From Poseidonia sp. (GTDB lineage: Archaea > Thermoplasmatota > Poseidoniia > Poseidoniales > Poseidoniaceae), in assembly GCA_038148515.1 (NCBI GenBank), contig JAYQVP010000002.1, positions 25,635 to 89,634 on the forward strand: a stretch of 64,000 nt of DNA. The letters are read 5' to 3'. Position numbers and translations under genes: made by a program. How positions within the stretch are numbered: the first letter of the stretch is position 1; each line of letters starts with the position of its first letter. The notes under the pieces are model-generated. The model was not told the DNA's origin, made no database searches, and saw nothing but the letters and a program-made list of their open reading frames with translations. Below are positions 26,760 to 37,072 of the stretch, piece by piece.

Positions 26760-26892
26760 AGGTACGCCTCCAAGCAGTCCTGCGACCCATGCTCCCTTTA
26801 TGATATCTCCGCCCGACGCTGGTGTGTCAATGCGGCAGCACATGTGGTGAGGGGAGCAAAGTCTTCATGCCGGGGAGAGGGGTGGTCCCCCT

Positions 26893-28104
26893 ATGGCCGA
26901 GGGCTGGCGCAAGTTCCTCGAGGAGGAATCCGAGCATCAGTGGCTTGCGATTGGTGTTTTTTTTGTGTTCGTGCTGATCGGCGCCTTTGCAGTTGACGCA
27001 ACCGAACACTTCGTCGGCGACCGGCTCGTGAGTCCGACGGAAGCCTATCAAGGGAAACTGGTGGTGGACATCGAATACGCTCCCGTCCAAAATGAATACA
27101 CAGCATTGGTGTACACGCCCGTATCAGGCTACGAATTGTTCACCGAGAACCTTGCCACGGGTTCCACGACCGTCGCCTTCTCGCCCGATACCTTGGACCT
27201 CGGAGATTCGGTAACCTTCATGCGCTGCATGCCCGATGGAGAAGTGGTCTTCTCAACAGCACCAAACACCCTGACTGGACTGAAGGACGGGCTGATGGTC
27301 ACCTACGAATACACCGATGAATTCGGTGAATTCGGCATCCTTGATGTGGCGGAGCACACCGTTGGCGCAAGCACGCATCGAATGTTACTGACCCAAGAGG
27401 GCGGGGCAACATCTCTTCGGGGCACGGTGAGCTTGATGCCAACTCCATCCATGTCCGTTTCCTCCGGCGTGCAATGGCAGCATGTCGAAGCCTTTGATGA
27501 CGGGATTTGGATTGTTCTAGGAACGCATATCAGCACGGCTGGAGCAGACGGTTCGAGCCCTGCCACCCCCCAAGCACGACCTGCTTTGGGTTGGGTGCTC
27601 TGGGACGGGTCCAACGCAACACCCACCCTACGAAACGTGCAGTTGTTCGGCGAGGGAAGCTTTCACAGCGTGGCCCGGCAAGGCTCCGAACTGGTGGTCG
27701 GCGGGACGGTCGAATCCCTGGTGATTCGAGCCGACGGCGATGTTGAATCGCTGAAGGTGGCCTCCGTCCATGCACTGACCGACAGAGATGGGACGGTTTG
27801 GCTGATCGGCGACATAGGCGCTACCACGGTCACCACGTACCGGGATGGGGTGCTTGAAACCCATCTTTTGGTTCATCCCGTGCCGGTTGAATTCCAATCC
27901 GCCGGAGCCCAAGGCGACTTTGTTCATGTTCACGGAATGAACGCAATCGGGCAGCCCGTCCAGTGGAGCATTGACATCACCGCCAACGGCTCTATAGAGA
28001 GTGGTCGGGGTTTCCTCAATTTGATGTTCCTGTGTGTTGGCGGAGTTGTGATGGCGATGATGCTTCGCTACGCTGTGCAACAACTCCTGCAATCGGAACA
28101 TTGA
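26893..28104 (+). CDS. Hypothetical membrane-anchored protein (N- and C-terminal TM segments, beta-rich ectodomain)
   Basis: 403 aa. N-terminal TM WLAIGVFFVFVLIGAFAV and C-terminal TM LNLMFLCVGGVVMAMMLRYAV. No recognisable motif between them. Confidence 0.5.
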   Translation: MAEGWRKFLEEESEHQWLAIGVFFVFVLIGAFAVDATEHFVGDRLVSPTEAYQGKLVVDIEYAPVQNEYTALVYTPVSGYELFTENLATGSTTVAFSPDTLDLGDSVTFMRCMPDGEVVFSTAPNTLTGLKDGLMVTYEYTDEFGEFGILDVAEHTVGASTHRMLLTQEGGATSLRGTVSLMPTPSMSVSSGVQWQHVEAFDDGIWIVLGTHISTAGADGSSPATPQARPALGWVLWDGSNATPTLRNVQLFGEGSFHSVARQGSELVVGGTVESLVIRADGDVESLKVASVHALTDRDGTVWLIGDIGATTVTTYRDGVLETHLLVHPVPVEFQSAGAQGDFVHVHGMNAIGQPVQWSIDITANGSIESGRGFLNLMFLCVGGVVMAMMLRYAVQQLLQSEH

Positions 28105-28195
28105 CCCGTTGCTCGGCAAGAACGAGGCGCTTCCTCTCAGTCGATTGAGAACCTTCATGTGCCCTCGTCGACTTCATCCAACTCCAGCGAAAGCC

Positions 28196-30847
28196 ATGGA
28201 GGTGAAACGATTGTCAAAACGGAGCATGATGGACCAGTTCTTTGAACTCAAGGACCAACATCCCGATACCGTTCTCTTCTTTCGCATGGGTGATTTCTAC
28301 GAATTGTTTCACGGCGACGCCGAAACGGCAGCGGACGTGCTGGGCCTGACCCTTACATCGAGGGACAAAAACGCAGAGGAGCCTATTCCGATGGCAGGAT
28401 TCCCCTGGCACGGTCTTGAGGATCACCTCCGAACAATGCTGAAAGCCGGTTACAAAGTCACGGTGGCCGAACAAGAAGACGAGCTTAGAGAAGGTGCAAA
28501 ATTGCTCGAACGGGTCGTCACTCGGGTGTACACCCCTGGTAGTTTGTTTGAGGAGGGGTTGTTGGACGGGGACGAGCCAGCCCTACTCGCCGCTGTGGTC
28601 ATCGGAAAAGGCGAGTTGGGCGTCTCCACCATCGACGCTTCCACGGGAAAAGCCTGGGCGGCAACGCATGAAGGCGAGGACCGATTTCTGCGGTTGTTGG
28701 ACGACCTTCAGCGATGGCAACCCAGCGAACTGGTCATGTCGCCAGGCGACACGGAGGATCCGGCGATGAGCAAGATCTTCCTCGCCCTCGACAATACCAT
28801 GGTGAGCCATCACTCCATCAGCGATTCCAAACGAAACGAACGCCTTCAATCGATGCTCAATGTTGCGGATTTGGGCCACCTCGACCTTGATCACGCCCCC
28901 TTAGCGATTTCCGCTACGGGCTTAGCGGCGGATTACCTCGCAACCGTTCACTTGCAATCCGATGTCCCGCTTCAGGACGTCGAAGTGGTTGAAGAACAGG
29001 GTCATTTGTTGTTGGACCAGACCACGCTTCGCAACCTTGAACTGACCCGAACCTTGGCAGGTGAACACGACGGCAGCCTTCTCTCAAGTTTGAACCGATG
29101 CCGGACGGCCATGGGGCGTCGTTTGCTTCGCACATGGTTGCTTCAACCCTTAGCTCATCTCGAGGCCATCGATGCTCGTCACCAGTCGGTGGGAGCGCTC
29201 TCACGGTCGGCCCTCCGTCTGGACGGCCTACGCACCACCTTGCGCGGGATTCGTGACATGGAGCGATTGGCCACGCAACTGGCCTACCAGAGGTGCAACG
29301 CCCGGGATCTGGTCGCAATGGCTCATGCCCTCGAGCAGATGCCTGCTGTCATGCAGTGGTGCAACGACAGCAACGACCCCTTGCTGATGCACCTCAGTCA
29401 GGGCTTGGACCGACTTGACGACGTTCGAAGGATGGTTCAAGCCACGCTGGTGGAAGCGCCACCGCTTGGTCTTCGCGACGGCGGCCTTCTCAACGACGGC
29501 GTTGATGAGGAGATCGATCGCCTGCGCGGCGTGACTCAAGAGGGGAAATCATGGTTCACAAAACTCGAAAAACGTCTCAAGGAAGATTTAGGAATCGCCT
29601 CCTTGAAGGTCAAAATGAACCGTCAGGTTGGGTGGTACATCGAAGTAACCCAAACGCACGAGGACAGTGTGCCTCAGACGTGGCGCAGAAAGCAACAATT
29701 GACCAACGGGTCACGCTATGTGACCGATGAATTGGTTGAGCGGGACGACCTACTCTTGAGGGCTGATTCGACCCTCAAGGAACTCGAGTATCGACGCTTC
29801 CTTGAATTGAGGACCTACTGTCACCAACACGCCTCGTCGTTGGCCGACATTGCTCGGAGGGTCGCCGCCGTTGATGTGTTGCAGTGCTTTGCAAGCGTGA
29901 GTCGTGAACGAGGATGGGTCAAGCCGGAGATGGTTGAGGGGACAACGTTGAAGCTTGAGGGGGCCCGACACCCCGTTCTTGAGACGATGCAGGGCTTTGT
30001 CCCTAACCCGGTGAACATGAACAAACGAAGGTCGTTTTTACTCATCACAGGGCCCAACATGGGAGGGAAGTCTACCTATCTGAGGACCGTGGCATTGGTG
30101 TCCGTCTTGGCGCAGGCTGGATGTTTCGTACCGGCGAAGAAAGCCAAACTTGGTTTGGTGGACCGCATCTTCACCCGTGTTGGCGCCAGCGACGACTTGA
30201 AGCGAGGGCGCTCCACATTCATGATGGAGATGATCGAAGTCGCCCACATTCTGAAACGTGCTACACCTCGCTCGCTGGTCTTATTGGACGAAATCGGTCG
30301 CGGTACCTCGACATTTGACGGCCTTTCCATCGCTTGGTCGGTCACCGAAGATATTTGCCAGCGCATCGGCGCACGAACACTCTTTGCAACGCATTACCAC
30401 CAACTGATTGGTTTGGAGGGCGAAATTGACGGATTGCATAATGTCCACGTGCAAGTCGCCCAAGACAACGGTGAATTGCGGTTTTTGCACACCGTTGCCG
30501 ATGGACCTTGCGATGAATCCTACGGTGTTCAAGTCGCTGCGCTCGCAGGCTTGCCTCGAAGCGTCGTGGAACGAGCCAGCGACCTGTTGTCGTTTCTTGA
30601 ACGCCAAGCAGGGGGTGCAAAGGCAGGTGAACACGGAGCACCCGAAGCAAGGGACCAGGGCCAAGCCAGCTTGATGGGGTATTTCGCCGCTGCCTCCCTT
30701 CAAACATCATCCGGACCCGACCCCTTGACCAATGGAGAAAAGGCCGTCCTTGCCCAACTCTCTTCGACAAATATCGATGAATTGTCGCCAAGAGAGGCAT
30801 TGGACCTGTTGTACAGCATGAAAAAGGACATGGAGGGTGAACGATGA
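28196..30847 (+). CDS. mutS: DNA mismatch repair protein MutS (bacterial MutS1 type)
   Basis: MMDQFFELKDQHPDTVLFFRMGDFYELF (mismatch-binding Phe-x-Glu block), Walker A GPNMGGKST and DEIGRGTSTFDG. Start trimmed to MEVKR (ATG 28196); the track start at 28109 is possible but adds 29 aa. Confidence 0.92.
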   Translation: MEVKRLSKRSMMDQFFELKDQHPDTVLFFRMGDFYELFHGDAETAADVLGLTLTSRDKNAEEPIPMAGFPWHGLEDHLRTMLKAGYKVTVAEQEDELREGAKLLERVVTRVYTPGSLFEEGLLDGDEPALLAAVVIGKGELGVSTIDASTGKAWAATHEGEDRFLRLLDDLQRWQPSELVMSPGDTEDPAMSKIFLALDNTMVSHHSISDSKRNERLQSMLNVADLGHLDLDHAPLAISATGLAADYLATVHLQSDVPLQDVEVVEEQGHLLLDQTTLRNLELTRTLAGEHDGSLLSSLNRCRTAMGRRLLRTWLLQPLAHLEAIDARHQSVGALSRSALRLDGLRTTLRGIRDMERLATQLAYQRCNARDLVAMAHALEQMPAVMQWCNDSNDPLLMHLSQGLDRLDDVRRMVQATLVEAPPLGLRDGGLLNDGVDEEIDRLRGVTQEGKSWFTKLEKRLKEDLGIASLKVKMNRQVGWYIEVTQTHEDSVPQTWRRKQQLTNGSRYVTDELVERDDLLLRADSTLKELEYRRFLELRTYCHQHASSLADIARRVAAVDVLQCFASVSRERGWVKPEMVEGTTLKLEGARHPVLETMQGFVPNPVNMNKRRSFLLITGPNMGGKSTYLRTVALVSVLAQAGCFVPAKKAKLGLVDRIFTRVGASDDLKRGRSTFMMEMIEVAHILKRATPRSLVLLDEIGRGTSTFDGLSIAWSVTEDICQRIGARTLFATHYHQLIGLEGEIDGLHNVHVQVAQDNGELRFLHTVADGPCDESYGVQVAALAGLPRSVVERASDLLSFLERQAGGAKAGEHGAPEARDQGQASLMGYFAAASLQTSSGPDPLTNGEKAVLAQLSSTNIDELSPREALDLLYSMKKDMEGER

Positions 30848-32853
30848 CGCCTCGGCGCATTCGTCAACTCGACGAAACCACCATCGGCCACATCGCCGCT
30901 GGTGAAGTGGTTGAACGACCGGCCCAAGTCGTAAAGGAACTCATCGAAAACAGCCTTGATGCTGGTGCAACCAGCATTACCGTGCACATTGAAGAGGGAG
31001 GATTTGAGCGCATGGTTGTTGAAGACAACGGCCATGGAATCGAGCGGGACGACCTGTCACTTGCCCTCGACCGACACGCCACATCCAAATTAAGCTCAAA
31101 GGAAGACCTCTCCAACATTGCGTCCTTGGGTTTCCGAGGTGAAGCCTTGGCCAGCATCGGGATGGTCTCACGCCTTGAGGTGGCGAGTAAGCCGCCCGGC
31201 GATGAAGGGGCCCTCATCGTGATGGAGGACGGTGTTAAATCCGAGGTGAAGGCCAAAGGCATGGCGCAGGGAACCGTCATCACGGTGGAGCACTTGTTTC
31301 GCAACACCCCCGCACGCCTCGCCTTCCAACGGCGACCTGAAACTGAAGCCGCACGTGTCGTCGACGTCGTGGTCGACCACGCCTTGGGGTCGCCGCATTG
31401 CAGTTTTCACCTCAAGAACGAACGGAGAACCTTGCTCAATATCCCCGCAACTGAGGACGCACTGGACCGATTGTACGACATCATGGGGGCCCAAGCCACG
31501 GAACTTGTCACCCTGCTATCTCCACCCGAGGATGAACAGGCACCCGGAGAAGAACGATGGGAAGGATGGATCAGCACTCCCGACATCACTCGCGGCAAAG
31601 GCGATGATATCCACGTCCTCATCAACGACCGGCCCGTAGCAGCAGGTCCGTTTCTTCAGGCGGTTCGACGCGGGTACAAAACGCGCCTGATGCATGGCCG
31701 CCACCCGCTGGCGGTGGTCAATTTGCGATGCCCCCCCAGCGAGGTGGATGTAAACGTCCACCCAACGAAACGAGAGGTTCGCCTCCGTCATTCTTGGCGG
31801 GTTCTTGAACGTCTGGAGCGCGCCATTGCCCACACACTTGAAGCGATACCAACCGAACCAGACAGCACCGGAGGCATCCCTGCTCTTCAAGGATTAAACA
31901 CCTCGAAAGATATTAAGTTGGTGGAAACTTACTTAGAGCCAGAACCATCTGAAATCCGTTCCTCACTGGCCCAAGCCTCGGGCATCTCAGCGCCATCCTC
32001 AATCCCCTCCGCCCCCGCCCCTTCACCACCAGCATGGGCGGTGGCTGCAGGACAACAACTCAACCTCATTGGGCAACAAGCGGTTGAGGCTGAATCCAAA
32101 TCCAAACCGCGACCTATGTCCTCCTCGCCCCTCGGACAAGCCCTTCTTCCAACCCTTCCCGACCAACCCATGGCTGATCGTCTCTCTCCCGCCGAGCGCG
32201 CCCTCCACCGATTGGAAGGAACGGCAGCAACGAGTTGGCCAAGCCGTGAAGCGCCCTTAGAAGGTGAATTGAACGATTTACCACCGATGGAACCGCTGGC
32301 GCAATTTGCTGATTCCTACATCTTGGTCCAAGCCGGAGAGGAATTGCTGCTCATCGACCAGCACGCCCTCCACGAGCGCGTCCGTTACGAGCGTCTTCGA
32401 CATGCAGGGCAGGCATGGGAACCTCAACAAAGGCTAACACCGCTTCGATTGGACTTGGATGCTCGCCGTGTTGCCGTGGTAGAAGCACACGAAGCGAAAC
32501 TTCGAGAATTGGGCTTTGTTTTGGAAGAGCACGAGGGTGAATGGCAGTTGATGGCCTCCCCTCGGTTGCTTCAGGGCGATGAATTGCGCCCGTTCTTGCT
32601 CGATCTCCTGCAAGACCTCGCCAACGACGGAGGGCCATTGGAAACCATTGAAGCAAAGAAGGACCACATCGCATTCATGAACGCCTGCCGAGGTGCGGTG
32701 AAAGCCAATGAACGTCTGTCACTTCCCGAAATGAGGCGCTTGCTGGATGACATGCGAAGAATCCCAAACCCTTGGGCCTGTGTCCACGGGCGCCCCACCT
32801 CACTGCGAATTCCGATCGACAGCCTCGACCATCACTTTGGGCGTCATGGATGA
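30844..32853 (+). CDS. mutL: DNA mismatch repair protein MutL (endonuclease-type)
   Basis: GHKL N-terminus IAAGEVVERPAQVVKELIENSLDAGA. C-terminal endonuclease motifs LIDQHALHERVRYE (DQHAxxExxxxE) and CVHGRP. The ATG overlaps the mutS stop (ATGA at 30844). Confidence 0.92.
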   Translation: MTPRRIRQLDETTIGHIAAGEVVERPAQVVKELIENSLDAGATSITVHIEEGGFERMVVEDNGHGIERDDLSLALDRHATSKLSSKEDLSNIASLGFRGEALASIGMVSRLEVASKPPGDEGALIVMEDGVKSEVKAKGMAQGTVITVEHLFRNTPARLAFQRRPETEAARVVDVVVDHALGSPHCSFHLKNERRTLLNIPATEDALDRLYDIMGAQATELVTLLSPPEDEQAPGEERWEGWISTPDITRGKGDDIHVLINDRPVAAGPFLQAVRRGYKTRLMHGRHPLAVVNLRCPPSEVDVNVHPTKREVRLRHSWRVLERLERAIAHTLEAIPTEPDSTGGIPALQGLNTSKDIKLVETYLEPEPSEIRSSLAQASGISAPSSIPSAPAPSPPAWAVAAGQQLNLIGQQAVEAESKSKPRPMSSSPLGQALLPTLPDQPMADRLSPAERALHRLEGTAATSWPSREAPLEGELNDLPPMEPLAQFADSYILVQAGEELLLIDQHALHERVRYERLRHAGQAWEPQQRLTPLRLDLDARRVAVVEAHEAKLRELGFVLEEHEGEWQLMASPRLLQGDELRPFLLDLLQDLANDGGPLETIEAKKDHIAFMNACRGAVKANERLSLPEMRRLLDDMRRIPNPWACVHGRPTSLRIPIDSLDHHFGRHG

Positions 32854-32854
32854 T

Positions 32855-34276
32855 TTATGACGAGTCAAGAAGTGTAGCAGATATCGAAACACCGACGCGT
32901 TGCCACCGGGCCACTGCATCTGGGTCCGCCACTTCGTGCAATCGGTCACCCACTACCGCCACCTCGTCATCGCAAGCCAGAGCTAAAACAAGAGCGGTCA
33001 TTTGCATACGATGGTCGCCCCATGTTTGCACCGGTGCCTTCGGAGTCGTGATGGTTTGATGGCCTGGAACACGAACCACTGCGTCTTTAACCGTGGCCAT
33101 AAGTCCGAATTGTTCCAACAAGTTCACTGTGCCCTGCAACCGATTGGATTCTTTGTGGGCTGCGTGCGCCACGCCATCAATCGTCCCTCCCCCACCCAGC
33201 GCCATCATGGCTGCCAGGGGGGTAATGAGGTCGTTGCCGTCACGAAGGTCCAACTCCAACGGGTTCAACTCACTCTTGCCACGAGTGAGGGTTGAGTCAT
33301 GAACGATGACGCCCAAATCTGCTGCACATTCCAGAAGGATGTCGTGACCCAAAGAATGAGAATGGGAGGGAAGTTGAGGCAGCGTAACGGTGGTGCCTGT
33401 AGCAATCACCGTCAACATGGGGAAGGCCAGCATGGAGGCGTCAACTGGGATATGTACGTCAGTTCCTGCGCGTGGAGTCCAAGGAATCAGCGTGAGCGAA
33501 TCGGTCGCCTCATCACAACCGAATTCTTGAGCCATTTTCCACGTCAATCGTCGGTGTTCTCGAGAGACCGCTTCGCCTGCTAACTCAATTCGGACCGGAT
33601 GGGGGAAGGCGGCTGATGCAATTTTCCAAGCCGACAAGGGTTGACTTGAGTGCGTAGCATCCATGGCCAATGTTTGCGGCACCTTCCACGGCCCTTTCAT
33701 CAACAGGGGAAGGCCCTCTTCCTCAACGCCGTACGAGAGGTCAAGCCCCATCTGTGCGAGGGAAGCAAACATCACGGGGTAAGCTCGTGAGCGCAACGTG
33801 GCATCACCGTCCAACATGACTGGACCTTGCAATCGAGCACACAACGCCATCAAGAATCGAAGGGCTGTACCGGAGTTTCCAGCGTGCAGCACGCTGGATG
33901 GTTGACGAAAACCGGAAACTCCAACGCCTTGAACCGACCAAGACATCGAACCGGGTGGAGGTTGATGGTCGGCATTGGAGTCGAGTGCCATGGGTTGACC
34001 AGAGGCGTCGAGGTCCGTGCATCTCACGCCGAGTTGGGCCAGGCAGCGCCGCATGGAAACGACATCCTGACCAGCGTGTTCCAAACCATGTATCACCGTA
34101 ACACCTTCGCATTGGGCCGCCAGCGCAAGGGCTCGAATCGCATGGCTTTTTGAAGGAGGCAGGTCCCAATCAATTCGTTCTATAGAGGTCTTCGGATGGA
34201 TGGTCAAGCACGGGACAAGGTTTCCACGGCCTGTCGGGGGCTTGGGAGACCATCGCTTCACCCACGCCCTTCCCAT
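32855..34276 (-). CDS. aroA: 3-phosphoshikimate 1-carboxyvinyltransferase (EPSP synthase)
   Basis: 473 aa. LPPSKSHAIRALALAA, AGNSGTALRFL and the overall two-domain repeat pattern of EPSP synthases. Confidence 0.85.
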   Translation of the reverse strand: MGRAWVKRWSPKPPTGRGNLVPCLTIHPKTSIERIDWDLPPSKSHAIRALALAAQCEGVTVIHGLEHAGQDVVSMRRCLAQLGVRCTDLDASGQPMALDSNADHQPPPGSMSWSVQGVGVSGFRQPSSVLHAGNSGTALRFLMALCARLQGPVMLDGDATLRSRAYPVMFASLAQMGLDLSYGVEEEGLPLLMKGPWKVPQTLAMDATHSSQPLSAWKIASAAFPHPVRIELAGEAVSREHRRLTWKMAQEFGCDEATDSLTLIPWTPRAGTDVHIPVDASMLAFPMLTVIATGTTVTLPQLPSHSHSLGHDILLECAADLGVIVHDSTLTRGKSELNPLELDLRDGNDLITPLAAMMALGGGGTIDGVAHAAHKESNRLQGTVNLLEQFGLMATVKDAVVRVPGHQTITTPKAPVQTWGDHRMQMTALVLALACDDEVAVVGDRLHEVADPDAVARWQRVGVSISATLLDSS

Positions 34277-34350
34277 GCCATGAGGTCATCCGCTTCTGTC
34301 AAGAACCCTTGCACTACACATTGAAGAACTGCTCGCATGCTCATCTTCAC

Positions 34351-35355
34351 ATGGACCTCGTGGACGCCTTCAATCGTCCACTGACTGACCTTCGTATCTC
34401 CGTAACCGATCGCTGCAACTTTCGTTGCAGGTACTGCATGCCCCGCGAACATTTTGGACCCGACCACCCGTTCCTTGAGCGCAGTGCCCTGCTTTCCTAT
34501 GAAGAAATTACCAACGTCGTCCAAGCGATGCTTCCACTTGGTTTGCGCAAGATTCGAATCACGGGTGGTGAACCGTTGCTCCGTCGAGATCTCACTCGCT
34601 TGGTGAGCATGATTCGCTCCATCGACCCTGCCTTGGACCTTGCATTGACCACCAACGGAGCGCTCCTTGGCGAGCACGCTCAACAACTGAAGGAGGCGGG
34701 CTTGAATCGCGTGACGGTGAGCCTTGACGCCATCGATTCAACGCTCTTTGCCAGAATGGCCGATACCAAGCACACCACACCCGAGGACGTGTTGGAAGGC
34801 ATTCGGGTAGCCCGGCAGGCGGGCCTTAGCGTCAAAGTCAACGCAGTTATTCAAAAATCGGTCAACGAAAGAGAGATCGAGCCGTTAGCAGAAGCCTGCC
34901 ATCGCCTCGGGGTACCGCTTCGATTTATCGAATTCATGGACGTCGGGAACACCAATTCCTGGAACCTCGAGGACGTGGTGACGGGTGCTGAAATTCGTTC
35001 GGTCCTCGAACAGCGATTTGGGAAACTACAACCGATTGAATCACAGTTCAAGAGTGATGTTGCTCGGGTGTATGAAACCCCTGCTGGCCATCGGTTTGGC
35101 TTCATCGAGTCGGTGTCCAACCCGTTTTGTGGCGACTGCACGCGTGCACGCCTCTCAGCCAACGGGAGTCTTTACACCTGTTTGTTTGCTTCAACTGGTC
35201 ACGACCTCAAATCCATGTTGCGCATGGACGCCACCAACGACGAGGTCCGCCAAGCCGTTCAAAGTATCTGGACGAAGCGCAACGACCGATATTCCCAGGA
35301 CCGAGCTACTTCCGAAATTCACGACAAGGTGGAAATGTCGTTCATCGGCGGTTAA
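34351..35355 (+). CDS. moaA: GTP 3',8-cyclase MoaA (radical SAM, molybdenum cofactor biosynthesis)
   Basis: LRISVTDRCNFRCRYCMP (CxxxCxxC), TGGEPLLR, and the C-terminal second cluster CGDCTRARLSANG. Start MDLVDAF (34351) preferred over the track start at 34309. Confidence 0.9.
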   Translation: MDLVDAFNRPLTDLRISVTDRCNFRCRYCMPREHFGPDHPFLERSALLSYEEITNVVQAMLPLGLRKIRITGGEPLLRRDLTRLVSMIRSIDPALDLALTTNGALLGEHAQQLKEAGLNRVTVSLDAIDSTLFARMADTKHTTPEDVLEGIRVARQAGLSVKVNAVIQKSVNEREIEPLAEACHRLGVPLRFIEFMDVGNTNSWNLEDVVTGAEIRSVLEQRFGKLQPIESQFKSDVARVYETPAGHRFGFIESVSNPFCGDCTRARLSANGSLYTCLFASTGHDLKSMLRMDATNDEVRQAVQSIWTKRNDRYSQDRATSEIHDKVEMSFIGG

Positions 35356-35846
35356 CCCGCCATCGCCGGGAGGGTGATGTCAATGAGCAACACGCCCGCT
35401 GATTCTTCGATGAGTCTGAATCGCCATGTCCCGTCGTCCGCACCAAGCGTCGTGGAGTCGATCACAAAGTAATCGCCTTGGGTCACAGAATAGCCTGCGT
35501 CACGGTCATGGAACGAGAAATTGGATCCGATGACACCGTACACGTCAGCGTCGTTCACGTGGCCGCGAACGGGAAGGCTTTCGGTGAGGTTGGAAGGGAG
35601 AAGGTCGTATTTCAGCCGTGCAGGGTCAATGGATTGGTCAAGGCTGGTGATGCGAACGACGTGGAATCCATTGTCGAGCGCCCGAACGCTCACCGTGGCT
35701 TGCGGAGGACTTTTTTCAACCGTCGTTAGCGCCCCTTGCATCAACACGAAGACCATGCTCGAGAGCATCACCGTGATGGCCAACAGCAGAACGGTGGCGA
35801 TGACAGGGCTGACCGCTGCGTCGTCACGTCGCAGCGTCCCTCCCAT
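35352..35846 (-). CDS. Archaeal type IV pilin-like protein (class III signal peptide)
   Basis: MGGTLRRDDAAVSPVIATVLLLAITVMLSSMVFVL is a short charged leader followed by the AVSPVI..hydrophobic helix typical of archaeal pilin/DUF1628-type N-termini, with a beta-rich remainder. The 3' end overlaps the moaA 3' end by 4 nt (convergent). Confidence 0.75.
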   Translation of the reverse strand: MGGTLRRDDAAVSPVIATVLLLAITVMLSSMVFVLMQGALTTVEKSPPQATVSVRALDNGFHVVRITSLDQSIDPARLKYDLLPSNLTESLPVRGHVNDADVYGVIGSNFSFHDRDAGYSVTQGDYFVIDSTTLGADDGTWRFRLIEESAGVLLIDITLPAMAG

Positions 35847-35917
35847 GAGTCAACCACACCGTCCAATGACTTGAACCAACCGATGGAGAAGGGCCGACAT
35901 ATCGATGTTCATCGCCT

Positions 35918-37063
35918 TTACAACACCCACAGAGGTCGGTCGCATTCCATCGCACGCTTGATCCCACCAATCGGCCCGAGACAGCGCAGGATGAGTTCCG
36001 TCATCATGTCACCTCGCATGAACGCATATCCCATGTTTTTGGTTCGTAACGAGTTCTTCAGAGCCCCACCCATGCTTGCTCGCACCCTTGTTTCGTAAAC
36101 GTTGAGGTCCGCCCCATTTCGAAAATAATCGATGATGCTTTCAGCAGCGAAGCACCCTGAAATGATGGCTTGACTGATCCCACCTCCATTGCTGGGCATC
36201 ACCAATCCTGCTGCATCGCCAACCGCCAGCGTCGTCCCGTCCACCATTCGTTTGACAGGCCCCCCCATGGGTATCCACCCACCACCGACGGACAAAATTT
36301 CAAAGCCCAAATCGTCGCAAAATCGTTGGAGATGGTCCTTCAAGGAACCCTTCAGCTTGCCGGCACGCACCCCGAGACCCACGTTGGCGAACCCCGGGCC
36401 TTTGGGAATGATCCAAGCGTAGCCTGAAGGAGCCACCGAACCGAGGAACACATCGAAGGTCTCGGGCACATCGCCCCGGACTTGTGCGTAAATGGTGGGA
36501 ACTTGATCCTCGGGTCGGACATCGGGATCTTGACCGTGACGTAAACGGCCAACATGGGCCAAACTTCCCGAAGCATCGATCAGCACATCGCATGAGAAAC
36601 GCCCGTTATTGGTCACGAGCAGGTCTCGATTGGCCTTTCGTTGGTGTTGGATTCGTTTCAGCACCGTCGACGTTCGGATTTCAGCACCGGCCCTCTCGGC
36701 TTTTTCGGCAAGATATCCGTCGAATTGGAGACGGTGCCCAGCGAACGCATCCAATTTGAAGTGGTAGGATTTTCCGGACGGCAAAAATACACGCATATTG
36801 TCCAGTCGATGAAGGCGTAAGCGTTCTGGAAAGTCGAAGTAGTCCTTGAGCCATGTGTGTTCGTCCAAGTGTTTGAACGTACCAACAACTTCTCCCCAAT
36901 TCGGGATGCATTCACCGCACTGAGCTGGGTTTCCCACCGTATGGCGACGTTCGAGGACCAACACATCAACCCCATCTTCTGCCAATCGTTGGGCTGCTGC
37001 ACATCCGGCTGGACCCGCCCCGATGACGATGACTTGCCGATGTTCGACCTGCTGAATGCTCAC
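35918..37063 (-). CDS. Geranylgeranyl reductase family flavoprotein (digeranylgeranylglycerophospholipid reductase-like)
   Basis: 381 aa. FAD-binding VIVIGAGPAGCAAAQRLAEDGVDVLVLER followed by the family-typical CGECIP. Adjacent to the GGPP synthase gene. Confidence 0.85.
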   Translation of the reverse strand: MSIQQVEHRQVIVIGAGPAGCAAAQRLAEDGVDVLVLERRHTVGNPAQCGECIPNWGEVVGTFKHLDEHTWLKDYFDFPERLRLHRLDNMRVFLPSGKSYHFKLDAFAGHRLQFDGYLAEKAERAGAEIRTSTVLKRIQHQRKANRDLLVTNNGRFSCDVLIDASGSLAHVGRLRHGQDPDVRPEDQVPTIYAQVRGDVPETFDVFLGSVAPSGYAWIIPKGPGFANVGLGVRAGKLKGSLKDHLQRFCDDLGFEILSVGGGWIPMGGPVKRMVDGTTLAVGDAAGLVMPSNGGGISQAIISGCFAAESIIDYFRNGADLNVYETRVRASMGGALKNSLRTKNMGYAFMRGDMMTELILRCLGPIGGIKRAMECDRPLWVL

Positions 37064-37072
37064 ACACTCACC

